NCBI GenBank assembly: GCA_964645605.1
Contig: CAZYCE010000004.1
Span: 3,934-67,933 of the forward strand
Source of the DNA: an uncultured Gammaproteobacteria bacterium
Lineage (GTDB): Bacteria; Patescibacteriota; Microgenomatia; UBA8517
DNA: 64,000 nt
Reading direction: 5' to 3'
Below are positions 29,622 through 38,508 of the stretch, one piece after another. A model generated the notes under the pieces. It was given only the letters and a program-made list of their open reading frames with translations. It ran no database searches and was not told where the DNA came from. Position numbers and translations under genes: made by a program. Each line of letters begins with the position of its first letter. Within the stretch, counting starts at the first letter, position 1.

Positions 29622-30155
29622 ATGATTAGAAAAATCCTGCTTTCAAGCGATCCGGTTTTAAGAAAAAAATCCAAGCCTGTAATCAATGTAGACAAAAAGG
29701 TCAAAGAATTAATAAAGGATTTAAAAGATACTTTAAGTACTCAAAAAGACCCTGAGGGCGTTGGGCTTGCAGCTCCCCAGATAGGTAAAAACTTGAGAGT
29801 TTTTGTGGCCAAGTACGGCAAATTTGAAAGAGTTGTCATTAACCCTGAAATTATTGAAATAGTAAAAATAACCAAAAGCGGAGCAAAAAAAACCGGTAAA
29901 AAAGAAATTCTTGAAGGCTGTTTGTCCCTTCCCTATTATTACGGCCCTTTAAAAAGGGCCGCAAAAATCACAATTAAATATCTGGATGAGACAGGAAAAA
30001 CCCAAATAGAGACTTTTGAAGGATTCTACGCTCAAATAATCATGCATGAGATAGACCATCTTGAAGGAATTCTTTTTATAGACCATCTGATAGGCGAGAG
30101 GCAACCTCTTTACAAAATCAAGGGGGATGAATGGGAGGAAGTAGAGCTGGCATAA
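29622..30155 (+). CDS. def: Peptide deformylase
   Basis: GVGLAAPQIG, EGCLS, HEIDHLEG. Confidence 0.97.
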   Translation: MIRKILLSSDPVLRKKSKPVINVDKKVKELIKDLKDTLSTQKDPEGVGLAAPQIGKNLRVFVAKYGKFERVVINPEIIEIVKITKSGAKKTGKKEILEGCLSLPYYYGPLKRAAKITIKYLDETGKTQIETFEGFYAQIIMHEIDHLEGILFIDHLIGERQPLYKIKGDEWEEVELA

Positions 30156-30200
30156 GCTAGCGGCATCCCGAGACTGTAAATCGAGGGACTATATAATTAT

Positions 30201-31082
30201 ATGAAAATAGTTTTTTTTGGCACACCGGAATATGTTTTACCAGTCCTGACTGCAGTTCATAGAAAATTTGTAACAGGTCCCGGAAAATCCCCTATTGCTG
30301 CTGTCGTTACCCAACCGCCAAGACCCATAGGAAGAAAACAGATTCCTTCATTTTCACCCATCGACAGGTGGGCACATAAGCACAAAATTCCGATCTACTA
30401 TTCTGCAGATGATCTAATCGAAAATCCGCCCGACGCTACTATTGGGATACTCGCCTCATATGGTGAAATTATCAGAAAAGACGTCATCAACCTTTTCCCC
30501 CAGGGAATATTAGTAATTCACCCGTCACTCCTGCCTAAATATAGAGGCGCATCCCCGGTTCCCGCCGCAATCGCAAGCGGAGAAACTGAAACGGGTGTTT
30601 CGATAATCAAAATGGACGAAAAAATGGATCACGGACCGATTATTTGCCAAGCAAAAGAAGAAATTTTGCCAGATGACACAGCCGAAACTTTAAGAAACCG
30701 TCTTTTTGAAAAATCGGCCGGAATGTTGCTGGAGATGTTGCCTGCCTATATTCAGGGAAAAATTCACCTGAAAAAACAAGATGACGAAAAAGCCACATTT
30801 ACCAAATTAATGAAACGGGAAGACGGAAAAATTGACATCAAAGGAAAGAGTCCCGTAGAAACGGAACGATTTATCAGAGCCATGACCCCATGGCCGGGCG
30901 CTTGGACTCTGGTCAAATTAAACCCAACTGATACAGCCAAAAAAAGAATTAAGCTCATTAAATCACACATTGAGGATGAAAAGTTAGTTTTGGACGAAGT
31001 CCAGCTTGAAGGCAAAGAGCCTGTTTCCTGGAAACAATTTAAAGAAGGTTATAAAGATGCGACTTTCGCAACGGAAGCTTGA
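30201..31082 (+). CDS. fmt: Methionyl-tRNA formyltransferase
   Basis: FFGTP, HPSLLPKYRGASP, MDHGP, PWPG. Confidence 0.96.
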   Translation: MKIVFFGTPEYVLPVLTAVHRKFVTGPGKSPIAAVVTQPPRPIGRKQIPSFSPIDRWAHKHKIPIYYSADDLIENPPDATIGILASYGEIIRKDVINLFPQGILVIHPSLLPKYRGASPVPAAIASGETETGVSIIKMDEKMDHGPIICQAKEEILPDDTAETLRNRLFEKSAGMLLEMLPAYIQGKIHLKKQDDEKATFTKLMKREDGKIDIKGKSPVETERFIRAMTPWPGAWTLVKLNPTDTAKKRIKLIKSHIEDEKLVLDEVQLEGKEPVSWKQFKEGYKDATFATEA

Positions 31083-31312
31083 GGTTTTTTAATCTTCCCC
31101 AATTTTCTGAATCTTGAAATGCAACTTGCACAAAGCCTCATTTGCACACTTTTACCATTAACCATAACGGCAATCTTTTGAAGATTAGGTTTAAATAAAC
31201 GCGGAGTTTTTTGAGCCCTTTTTTTCCAACGCTTACCGGCAACACCTCTGTGGTGCGTGCTTTGACGTCCGTGTACAATCCCTTTTCCGCAATTATCACA
31301 AATATATGCCAT
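31049..31312 (-). CDS. rpmB: 50S ribosomal protein L28
   Basis: CxxCGK, R.FKPNLQ, CxxC. Confidence 0.9.
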   Translation of the reverse strand: MAYICDNCGKGIVHGRQSTHHRGVAGKRWKKRAQKTPRLFKPNLQKIAVMVNGKSVQMRLCASCISRFRKLGKIKKPQASVAKVASL

Positions 31313-31363
31313 ATTTTTATTTTTAGCTTGCGTAGATTATACTATTAACTACTTTAAACCGCA

Positions 31364-32014
31364 ATGGATGTATTAATTTTTTTTATCGGTGTTTTAGGAT
31401 TTGTTTTTGCAATTATAATTCACGAGGTTGCACACGGACTTGTGGCTGAGCGCCTTGGAGACCCAACTGCAAGACTTAAGGGCAGGCTCACACTAAACCC
31501 AATTCCACATATAGACATTTTGGGAAGTATTATTTTGCCTTTAACATTATTTTTGTTCCGTTCGCCTTTTCTTTTTGGCTGGGCAAAGCCCGTCCCGATT
31601 GATCCTTATAACCTTCAACATCCAAAAAAGGATTTGGCCGTAATTTCTCTTGCAGGGCCTGCCGCAAATATACTTTTAGCTATTATTCTATCCATGTTTT
31701 TAAGAATTATTCTATTAATATTCCCAAACACTGGAATATTTACAATGTTTTTTTACGTTATAGGATTTAATGTGGTGCTGGCGGTATTTAATCTTATTCC
31801 CATTGGACCTCTTGACGGGGCGAAAGTTCTTGCGGGAGTATTGTCGGATAAAAGCGCGAGGGCTTTTAATTCATTTCTAAATACGTTTGGCATGATACTA
31901 ATTTTGGCCTTTATATTCCCTATTTTCGGAGGAAACTCCTTGGCTACCATAATCATTAGTCCGATAATTTCATTTTTACTAAAACTCCTGATACCTGGTT
32001 TTAACACAATCTAG
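31364..32014 (+). CDS. Site-2 protease (M50 family)
   Basis: HEVAH, GRLTLNP, GWAKPVP, NLIPIGPLDG. Confidence 0.93.
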   Translation: MDVLIFFIGVLGFVFAIIIHEVAHGLVAERLGDPTARLKGRLTLNPIPHIDILGSIILPLTLFLFRSPFLFGWAKPVPIDPYNLQHPKKDLAVISLAGPAANILLAIILSMFLRIILLIFPNTGIFTMFFYVIGFNVVLAVFNLIPIGPLDGAKVLAGVLSDKSARAFNSFLNTFGMILILAFIFPIFGGNSLATIIISPIISFLLKLLIPGFNTI

Positions 32015-32052
32015 GCGTTTTTGTGATTGACGTTTTATGGTATTATTAAACT

Positions 32053-32201
32053 GACCCTGTCGATAGAAGACCGGTCTAAATTTCCTGATCAAATTAATTT
32101 GCATCGGGAAGGCGGAGTCCGACTGAGGCCTTTGTGCCAAGGGAGGCAGCCCACCCACCTGGGTCATCCAGGAATGCAACCGGACTTTTTGAGGCAGGGT
32201 C
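32053..32201 (+). ncRNA. Rod-shaped ncRNA, probably 6S RNA
   Basis: Extended -10 (TGGTATTAT) 6 nt upstream; nested stems GACCCUGUC/GGCAGGGUC, CCGGU/ACCGG, UUCCUG/CAGGAA; central bubble; U-tract after. Confidence 0.55.
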
Positions 32202-32321
32202 CTTTTTTATTCAAAACTTCAAAAATCGTGTGAAGTGTCATTAAAGCAGATATTGAGATTGGGATCCGTAGTGCATAACCTTTAGGCACCGAATCGTGAG
32301 TAAGGCACGAGTTATATCAAG

Positions 32322-32406
32322 TGCTGAGGTCAGGATTCGAACCTGAGTAGCCCTTTCGGACGCGAGATTTACAGTCTCGTACGTTTGACCGCTCCGTCAC
32401 CTCAGC
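32322..32406 (-). tRNA. tRNA-Tyr(GTA)
   Basis: Cloverleaf, CGAGA-CTGTAAA-TCTCG, long variable arm, GGTTCGAATCC. Confidence 0.95.
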
Positions 32407-32410
32407 AAAA

Positions 32411-32659
32411 TTAATTTCTAAAATACCCTATCTTTCTCCAAAGTCTACCATTTTCTTTATTCAAATTTCTAAAATTTGCACTTAGAGAATGACAATTCGG
32501 ACAAACTAATCTTAAATTGATCCCCTTATTATTCTTGGAATTGCCATCTATATAGTCAAAGCATCTTTTATCAGACTAGCACTTACTAGAACAATAGTTA
32601 TTAGAACTTCTTTTATTTTTCTTGCCACACAATAGACAATAACGACTTTTATATATTTT
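32411..32659 (-). pseudogene. HNH endonuclease remnant with N-terminal Cys motifs
   Basis: Translated by hand: CLLCGK..YCSSKC*..YIDGNSKNNKGINLRLVCPNCHS..NKENGR; in-frame TAG at 32576..32578. Confidence 0.8.
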
Positions 32660-32660
32660 G

Positions 32661-32732
32661 AGCCGAGGAGAGGATTCGAACCCCCAACCTTCGCTTTACA
32701 AAAGCGCTGCTCAACCGTTGAGCTACCCCGGC
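32661..32732 (-). tRNA. tRNA-Thr(TGT)
   Basis: Cloverleaf, loop TTTGTAA, GGTTCGAATCC. Confidence 0.93.
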
Positions 32733-32778
32733 AAGCACCCTGTATTATATCTTATTTCGAGCGTATAATTCCATTGAA

Positions 32779-33840
32779 ATGAAAACCTCACTGTTCGACT
32801 ACTCTCTTTCTAACTTACTCATTGCCAACTCCCCCGCAAGCCCCCGGGATCATTCCCGTCTTATGATAATTAACCGAAAAAACGGCAAGATTGAAAATCA
32901 TATTTTTTATGAAATCGAAGAATATCTGGAATCGGGTGATGTTTTAGTCCTTAATAAAACAAAGGTTTTTCCGGCCAGGATAATCGGCAAAAAGGAAACG
33001 GGAGGAAAAGTGGAAATCTTGCTTCACAAAAATATTGATAAATACACATGGGAAGCTTTGACCAAACCGGGTTTGAAGACTGGCCAAAAAGTAATAATGC
33101 AAGGGCTGTCCCTGAGTGTAATCGAAAGAGACGGTAAAGTTTCAATTATCAGGTTCAATATTGGGAAAGATACATTAATCAAGAAGTTGCAAAAGGCTGG
33201 TATTACACCGCTTCCACCCTACATCCATTCATCTGATTCGGAAAAAAACTTGAGGCGCAAATATCAGACAGTTTATGCCGAACGGGTCGGCTCTGTAGCG
33301 GCTCCTACGGCGGGATTCCATTTTACAAAATCTCTACTAAACAAATTAAAGGCCAAGGGCGTTCAGATTGAATACATAACCCTTCATGTCGGTATGGGAA
33401 CTTTTGCACCTGTTAAAGCCAAAAACATTGAAGACCATCCTATGCACTTCGAGGAATATTTTATTGAAAAAAATACGGCAAAAAGATTAAATAAAGCCAA
33501 AGCTGACGGAAAAAGAATAATTTCAGTCGGAACCACGTCGGCACGTACCCTCGAATCGATCTCAAATAACAAAGGGTTGCTTAACCTCAAAAAAATTCAT
33601 GGGTCAACAAATATTTTTATTTACCCAGGATACAAATTTCAATCCATCGATGGATTGATAACTAATTTTCATCTGCCCAAATCTACTCTACTGGCCATGG
33701 TTTCGGCATTTGTGAGCCACCCGAATACGAACAAAAAATTCAAAAGTTTTAAATTGTCTTTAATGGGAAAGGCATACAGCGAAGCTATAAAGGAAAATTA
33801 TCGTTTTTATTCTTTCGGAGACGCGTGCTTTATCGTGTAA
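32779..33840 (+). CDS. queA: SAM:tRNA ribosyltransferase-isomerase
   Basis: PLPPYI, YQTVYA, AAPTAGFHF, TNFHLPKS, YRFYSFGD. Confidence 0.97.
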   Translation: MKTSLFDYSLSNLLIANSPASPRDHSRLMIINRKNGKIENHIFYEIEEYLESGDVLVLNKTKVFPARIIGKKETGGKVEILLHKNIDKYTWEALTKPGLKTGQKVIMQGLSLSVIERDGKVSIIRFNIGKDTLIKKLQKAGITPLPPYIHSSDSEKNLRRKYQTVYAERVGSVAAPTAGFHFTKSLLNKLKAKGVQIEYITLHVGMGTFAPVKAKNIEDHPMHFEEYFIEKNTAKRLNKAKADGKRIISVGTTSARTLESISNNKGLLNLKKIHGSTNIFIYPGYKFQSIDGLITNFHLPKSTLLAMVSAFVSHPNTNKKFKSFKLSLMGKAYSEAIKENYRFYSFGDACFIV

Positions 33841-33873
33841 ACGTAAATACATATCTGATATAATTAGCTTCGC

Positions 33874-33945
33874 GCCTGGGTAGCTCAGTGGTAGAGCACG
33901 TACTTGGTAAGTACGGGGTCGTGAGTTCAATCCTCACCTCAGGCT
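33874..33945 (+). tRNA. tRNA-Thr(GGT)
   Basis: Cloverleaf, CGTAC-TTGGTAA-GTACG. Confidence 0.95.
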
Positions 33946-33985
33946 CACTCTTTATCTTTTTTCCCTTTCATGGTAGAATGCTCGC

Positions 33986-34177
33986 ATGGCTAAAAAAGGT
34001 GCCCGGGAAATTGTTGCTTTAATATGTACTGCTTGTAAAAATCAGAATTACATTACCACCAGAAACAAGGTAAACATGGAGCTGAAGGATAAGAAAGGCT
34101 CCAAACTTGAACTTAAAAAATACTGCTCTCATTGCCGCAAAGTTCAAATCCACAAGGAGACCTCCAAATTGAAGTAA
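33986..34177 (+). CDS. rpmG: 50S ribosomal protein L33
   Basis: CTAC..NY.T..N, LELKKYC..C..HKE. Confidence 0.95.
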   Translation: MAKKGAREIVALICTACKNQNYITTRNKVNMELKDKKGSKLELKKYCSHCRKVQIHKETSKLK

Positions 34178-34190
34178 TTAATCCCGGTTT

Positions 34191-34643
34191 TTAAGGTTCT
34201 GTAAGGACTATGCGTTCTACAACTGTGCGGATAAAGTTCATATTTTTTTCAACTTCAGAGTCAATTTTGTTTTCGAAGTACTCATCAAGATTAGAGCTTA
34301 AAAATGTGTACAGCTTTTCATCGGGCAATTTTTCCTCCTTAATCGAAAACGCATTGCAAATATTTTTTTTCAGGTCTTCAAACATTACGGTAGAGCCGCT
34401 TTGATAAAAAGAAACCACTCTATCCAAAACAATCACATCCAGGTGACTTCTGACATTCTGAGGTTTTTTAGACAAATCCTGAATATATTCCTTCTTTTCG
34501 TCTACTAAATTTGAAGCGTATTCTATTGCATTTCCAAAAATAGAATTTTTTTCCTCATCCGTCAGATCTTTGCCGGATAGGAATTTTTTACCGATTGATT
34601 CATAGTAAATTTTTGGCCTTGATTCAATCTCTATATTATTCAT
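34191..34643 (-). CDS. Hypothetical protein (orphan)
   Basis: 150-aa ORF, no motif recognised. Confidence 0.6.
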   Translation of the reverse strand: MNNIEIESRPKIYYESIGKKFLSGKDLTDEEKNSIFGNAIEYASNLVDEKKEYIQDLSKKPQNVRSHLDVIVLDRVVSFYQSGSTVMFEDLKKNICNAFSIKEEKLPDEKLYTFLSSNLDEYFENKIDSEVEKNMNFIRTVVERIVLTEP

Positions 34644-34655
34644 TGATTTGGCCCA

Positions 34656-35147
34656 TTGTATACCATCGAAGCATATTTCAAAAACATCCTCGCAAGGATT
34701 AAGGCTTATGTTTTTGATAAATTATCAATAAATTCTATCAGTAAAATAAAACTAAACCAGGAACTTTACAAACTCCTTTGTTCTTTCCTCTTCTGGATTG
34801 AAGGAGGAATATCAAATGATAGTTACGTCTATTTTACTAATTCAGGTCCAAAGATGGTGGCAACTTTTGTTAAACTTCTGAGGAGTTTCTATTACGAATT
34901 AGATGAAAAAAGTTTAGGGCAATGGTATCTATTCATGAATATTATATTGAAAAAGATGTCAAAAAAATTTGGTCACAAGTAACAAATTTACCCATTGCTC
35001 AATTTTCAAAAGGCTAAAAAACCTAACACCGGCAAAAGAATTCGGGACAACTATATGGGAACCATAAGGATAAGATATTATGATTATAAAATTGCCCTCG
35101 AGCTCCGTTCGCTTTATAATACCTTTGTTAGGATCGTAGGGCTGTAG
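34656..35147 (+). pseudogene. LAGLIDADG-like endonuclease remnant (two frameshifts) overlapping the tRNA-Trp 5' end
   Basis: LFWIEGG..FTNSGPKMV..F, then IHEY..WSQVTNLP..QF, then KPNTGKR..NYMGTIRIRY..IVGL*. Confidence 0.7.
35092..35120 (+). promoter_or_regulatory. Sigma70 promoter TTGCCC-17-TATAAT for tRNA-Trp, inside the endonuclease 3' end
   Basis: Hexamers at 35092..35097 and 35115..35120. Confidence 0.6.
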
Positions 35148-35208
35148 GTAAGTGGTATACCAGGTGTCTCCAAAACATCTATCGGGGGTTCGATTCCCTC
35201 CAGCCCTG
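35138..35208 (+). tRNA. tRNA-Trp(CCA)
   Basis: Cloverleaf, GGTGT-CTCCAAA-ACATC, GGTTCGATTCC. Confidence 0.93.
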
Positions 35209-35225
35209 CTAACTACGTATCAACC

Positions 35226-35879
35226 ATGAAAGATAACGCAAAAAATACCGGTCTATTGGTTGTTATAACAGGAGCTTCCGGGGCCGGGAAAGATGCCGTA
35301 ATGGACGGTATTTTTAAAGATCCGCAGGTAGCGGGATTAAATCTACAAAGGGTGGTCACCTGTGCCGACAGGAGTCCCCGACCCGGAGAGACAGACGGGG
35401 TCCAATACCATTTTGTCAACCGCAATAAATTAAGGGAAATGGCTAAAAACGGAGAGCTTGTTGAACCCATCACTCCTTTCGGAACTTCCAACAAAGCTAC
35501 CCCATCATTCGAAATAAAAAGGATGCTTAATGGGGAAAACCTTGTCTGGAGAATCGATCCTTCACGGGCAGCTGAAGTAGCTTCGCATAAATTCTTTCAA
35601 AAGAGTTTCCCGAAAAATTCCAAAATAATGGACTCGCATACAATTGTTTTAAATGTTATCGCTCCCAGAGAGGAAATTGTTCAAAGGCGGATGAAAAGGG
35701 ACAATCAAAATTACGACCCAAATGAATATGTCGTGCGCGACAATTGTGAGGCACCCTATCTTAAAATTCTTGAAGAATATGCCGTAAATATTGAGAATCT
35801 TAACGGACAACTAGATAAAGCTATTAAATCCGCCTCAGGTGCTATACTTCGATTCTATGGGAAAACCAAAAACGGTTAA
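35226..35879 (+). CDS. gmk: Guanylate kinase-like protein
   Basis: GASGAGKD, R.PRPGE.DGV.YHFV. Confidence 0.8.
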   Translation: MKDNAKNTGLLVVITGASGAGKDAVMDGIFKDPQVAGLNLQRVVTCADRSPRPGETDGVQYHFVNRNKLREMAKNGELVEPITPFGTSNKATPSFEIKRMLNGENLVWRIDPSRAAEVASHKFFQKSFPKNSKIMDSHTIVLNVIAPREEIVQRRMKRDNQNYDPNEYVVRDNCEAPYLKILEEYAVNIENLNGQLDKAIKSASGAILRFYGKTKNG

Positions 35880-36291
35880 CAAAGTTCTGGTTGGCGGTGT
35901 TTTTGACATTCTTCACTACGGACATGTGTACTTCCTAAAGAGTGCAAAGACTTTGGGAGACTACTTAATTGTAGCGATAGAATCCGATAAAAACGTCAAA
36001 AAACTTAAAGGTGAAAGCCGTCCAATCCATTCAGAAGAACAAAGGAAAGAAGTCCTTGAGTCATTAAAGTTTGTCGACGAAGTTATTATTTTGAAAGACA
36101 AAATGACCGACAAGGATTATTCCGATCTTGTTGCTAAAATCAACCCTGCGGTAATTGCGCTTACGGAAGGCGATCCGATTCTTGAAAAAAAGCGGCAACA
36201 GGCAAAAACGATCGGCGCAAAAGTAGTAAAAATACCAAAAACCAAAGTTTCTTCAACCAGCCGGATTGCCAAGATTTTGGAAATTGAGTAA
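35857..36291 (+). CDS. Cytidylyltransferase-family protein (RibL/TagD-like)
   Basis: GGVFDILHYGH, KG..RPI, FVDEV, SSTS. Confidence 0.88.
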   Translation: MGKPKTVNKVLVGGVFDILHYGHVYFLKSAKTLGDYLIVAIESDKNVKKLKGESRPIHSEEQRKEVLESLKFVDEVIILKDKMTDKDYSDLVAKINPAVIALTEGDPILEKKRQQAKTIGAKVVKIPKTKVSSTSRIAKILEIE

Positions 36292-36460
36292 GTCTTGCTG
36301 GAGTTAACCCTTTAAAGATTGATTAAGATTCTATAATTACAAAAAGGTTATCATGGATGGAGTTATAAAACATTTTGGCATCACTAGTAAAAAGAGTGGC
36401 TACACAAGAGAAGTGTATTGGGGTTAATAATTTACTAAAAATTAATATTTCACCTTCAGT

Positions 36461-37468
36461 TTACTTTAATCTTGCAATTTGGGCATCAACCATAAGGTGA
36501 ACCAATTCCTTGAATGTAGTTTTGGGAGTCCAACCAAGAATCTTTTTTGCTTTTGCAGGATTGGCAACTAAGGGCCCTGTTTCCGTGGGGCGGATAAATC
36601 TGTCATCAACTACAACATAATCTTTCCAATTAAGTCCGGCGTAGCTGTAAGATTCCTCACAAAGATCCTGAATTGTGTGAGTTTCACCTGTTCCGATTAC
36701 AAAATCGTCCGCTTTTTCCTGCTGTAACATAAGCCACATTGCCTCAACATAGTCCCCGGCAAATCCCCAATCACGTTTTGCCTGGAGATTTCCGAGAGCA
36801 ACTTTTCCATTTTTAACGATTGGTTCACCCTCTTCATTTAGGTGTTCGGAACTTTTAATTCCAAGCTTGGCACAGGCTGCTGCATAGGTAACTTTTTGAG
36901 TCACAAAGCCCAAATGTCTTCTCGGAGACTCATGATTAAAAAGAATTCCGTTTGCGGCGAACATATGGTAGCTTTCTCTGTAAATTTTGGTCATTGCGTG
37001 TGCATAAAGTTTTGAAGCGGCATAGGGGTTGGCTGGATTAAAAGGAGTGTCCTCATTTTGGGGAATTTCCCTCACCCATCCGAACATCTCGGAAGAACTG
37101 GCCTGGTAAAATTTTGCTTTAGGAACAACGTCAAGGGTCGCATCAAGAACCCTGTGGGCACCGATTGCCGTTATTTCTGCCGTATGAATCGGCTGCCTGA
37201 AGCTTTCTGCGGGATGAGATTGTGACGCCAAATTGTAAACCTCGTCGGGTTTAACCTTTTGCAATGCTTCCCTGATTGAAATCGGATCAAGTAAATCCGC
37301 CTGGATTAAATTTAACTCCTCCTGAATATGACCAATATTTTGGTAAGCCATGTTACTGGTCTTTCTGACCAGTCCCGCAACACTGTATCCTTTTTTAAGA
37401 AGAAATTCGGCCAGATAGCTTCCGTCCTGGCCAGTAATACCCGTGATTAGAGCTGTCTTTTTCGCCAT
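36461..37468 (-). CDS. gmd: GDP-mannose 4,6-dehydratase
   Basis: ITGITGQDGSYL, YQASSSE, PYAASK, FNHESPRR, RDWG. Confidence 0.95.
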   Translation of the reverse strand: MAKKTALITGITGQDGSYLAEFLLKKGYSVAGLVRKTSNMAYQNIGHIQEELNLIQADLLDPISIREALQKVKPDEVYNLASQSHPAESFRQPIHTAEITAIGAHRVLDATLDVVPKAKFYQASSSEMFGWVREIPQNEDTPFNPANPYAASKLYAHAMTKIYRESYHMFAANGILFNHESPRRHLGFVTQKVTYAAACAKLGIKSSEHLNEEGEPIVKNGKVALGNLQAKRDWGFAGDYVEAMWLMLQQEKADDFVIGTGETHTIQDLCEESYSYAGLNWKDYVVVDDRFIRPTETGPLVANPAKAKKILGWTPKTTFKELVHLMVDAQIARLK

Positions 37469-37532
37469 TACAAGAAATAATAACATATGTTAAAATTACA
37501 AGCTAGTACCAGGAAGGAAGGAGGCGATTTAT

Positions 37533-37727
37533 GTGTTTATAATTAAAAAGAAAAAAGGAGAAAGCGATGACAAGCTTATTGCCCGCTTTCGCAAAAAAAC
37601 CATAACTGAGGGCGTGATGCAGGAGTATCGCGACCGCGAACACTACAAAAAACCGTCCGAAAGAAGGAAAGAGGACAAGTACCGCATCGCCCACTCTATC
37701 GAGCTTGAGAAGAAGAGAAGCTACTGA
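37533..37727 (+). CDS. rpsU: 30S ribosomal protein S21
   Basis: GES.DKLI.RF, RE.YKKPS.RR; GGAGG SD. Confidence 0.85.
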   Translation: MFIIKKKKGESDDKLIARFRKKTITEGVMQEYRDREHYKKPSERRKEDKYRIAHSIELEKKRSY

Positions 37728-38508
37728 GCCAAGTTCCCACAAATTTTTTTCTGTGAAGTCTTGTTGACCCGTATTTTTTTATGGCTTCCCGATGTATTTT
37801 TGTACCGTAACCTTTATTTATATCCCAATGATATTTTCCGTACTTGAGTTTTTTAGACAGATTAGTCATTAACTTATCCCTATAAACCTTTGCAATAATT
37901 GAGGCTGCCGCGATCGAGAGGGATTTAGTATCCCCTTTTATTATTGGGGTCTGATTTTTGCGTCTTAATCCCCTTACGTAAGGTACATAAAAGGCATCTA
38001 TCAAAAGATAATCTATACGCCTATTGCAATTTTTTATTGCCCGTCTGAAAGCCGTTTCTGTGGCTTTTTTAATTCCAAACTTATTAATTTCGCCTACACT
38101 CGCCTTCCCGATTCCGTAGCAAAGCGCGTTTCTTTTTATCCAAAATGAAGAAATCTCCCTCTGTGCCGGATTCATTTTTTTGGAGTCATTGATAATTATC
38201 TGCGGCGGGTCCTGCCGCTCGTCAACCCCAAGTCCCTTCCGCCGCCTAACAAGCTTGGGGTCCCTTACTTGGGGCTCCCCGACTCGCGTCACCCGCTCAA
38301 TTTTCGATTTACTGAAAATTGATTGATAATTGTTAATTTGAGCGAAGGCTACTGCCGCAGCAACCACAGGTCCCGCAAAAGAACCTCTTCCAACCTCATC
38401 AACACCGGCAACTACACCATAACCTTTCTTGTGAGCTTTATTTTCAAAGGAAAAATCAGGGGACTCATTTTTTAATCCTTTTTTTATATTTTTCCGGGTA
38501 GTTATCAT
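37696..38508 (-). CDS. rnhB: Ribonuclease HII with in-frame repeat insertion; start uncertain
   Basis: GVDEVGRG..AGPV, DSKK, KGD..S.SIAAASIIAKV.RD, NKGYGT. Confidence 0.92.
   Translation of the reverse strand: MITTRKNIKKGLKNESPDFSFENKAHKKGYGVVAGVDEVGRGSFAGPVVAAAVAFAQINNYQSIFSKSKIERVTRVGEPQVRDPKLVRRRKGLGVDERQDPPQIIINDSKKMNPAQREISSFWIKRNALCYGIGKASVGEINKFGIKKATETAFRRAIKNCNRRIDYLLIDAFYVPYVRGLRRKNQTPIIKGDTKSLSIAAASIIAKVYRDKLMTNLSKKLKYGKYHWDINKGYGTKIHREAIKKYGSTRLHRKKFVGTWLSSFSSSQAR
38205..38296 (-). repeat. Structured dispersed repeat, copy B, in frame inside rnhB
   Basis: Terminal GCGGGT/ACCCGC; homologous to 7101..7182. Confidence 0.75.

Noticed and set aside
32027-32233. Short ORFs 32027..32233 and 31979..32179
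   Set aside because: They overlap the structured ncRNA candidate and lack protein-like features.
34656-35208. Group I intron-encoded endonuclease within a tRNA
   Set aside because: The tRNAs are contiguous and complete, and no intron core or split exon was found.
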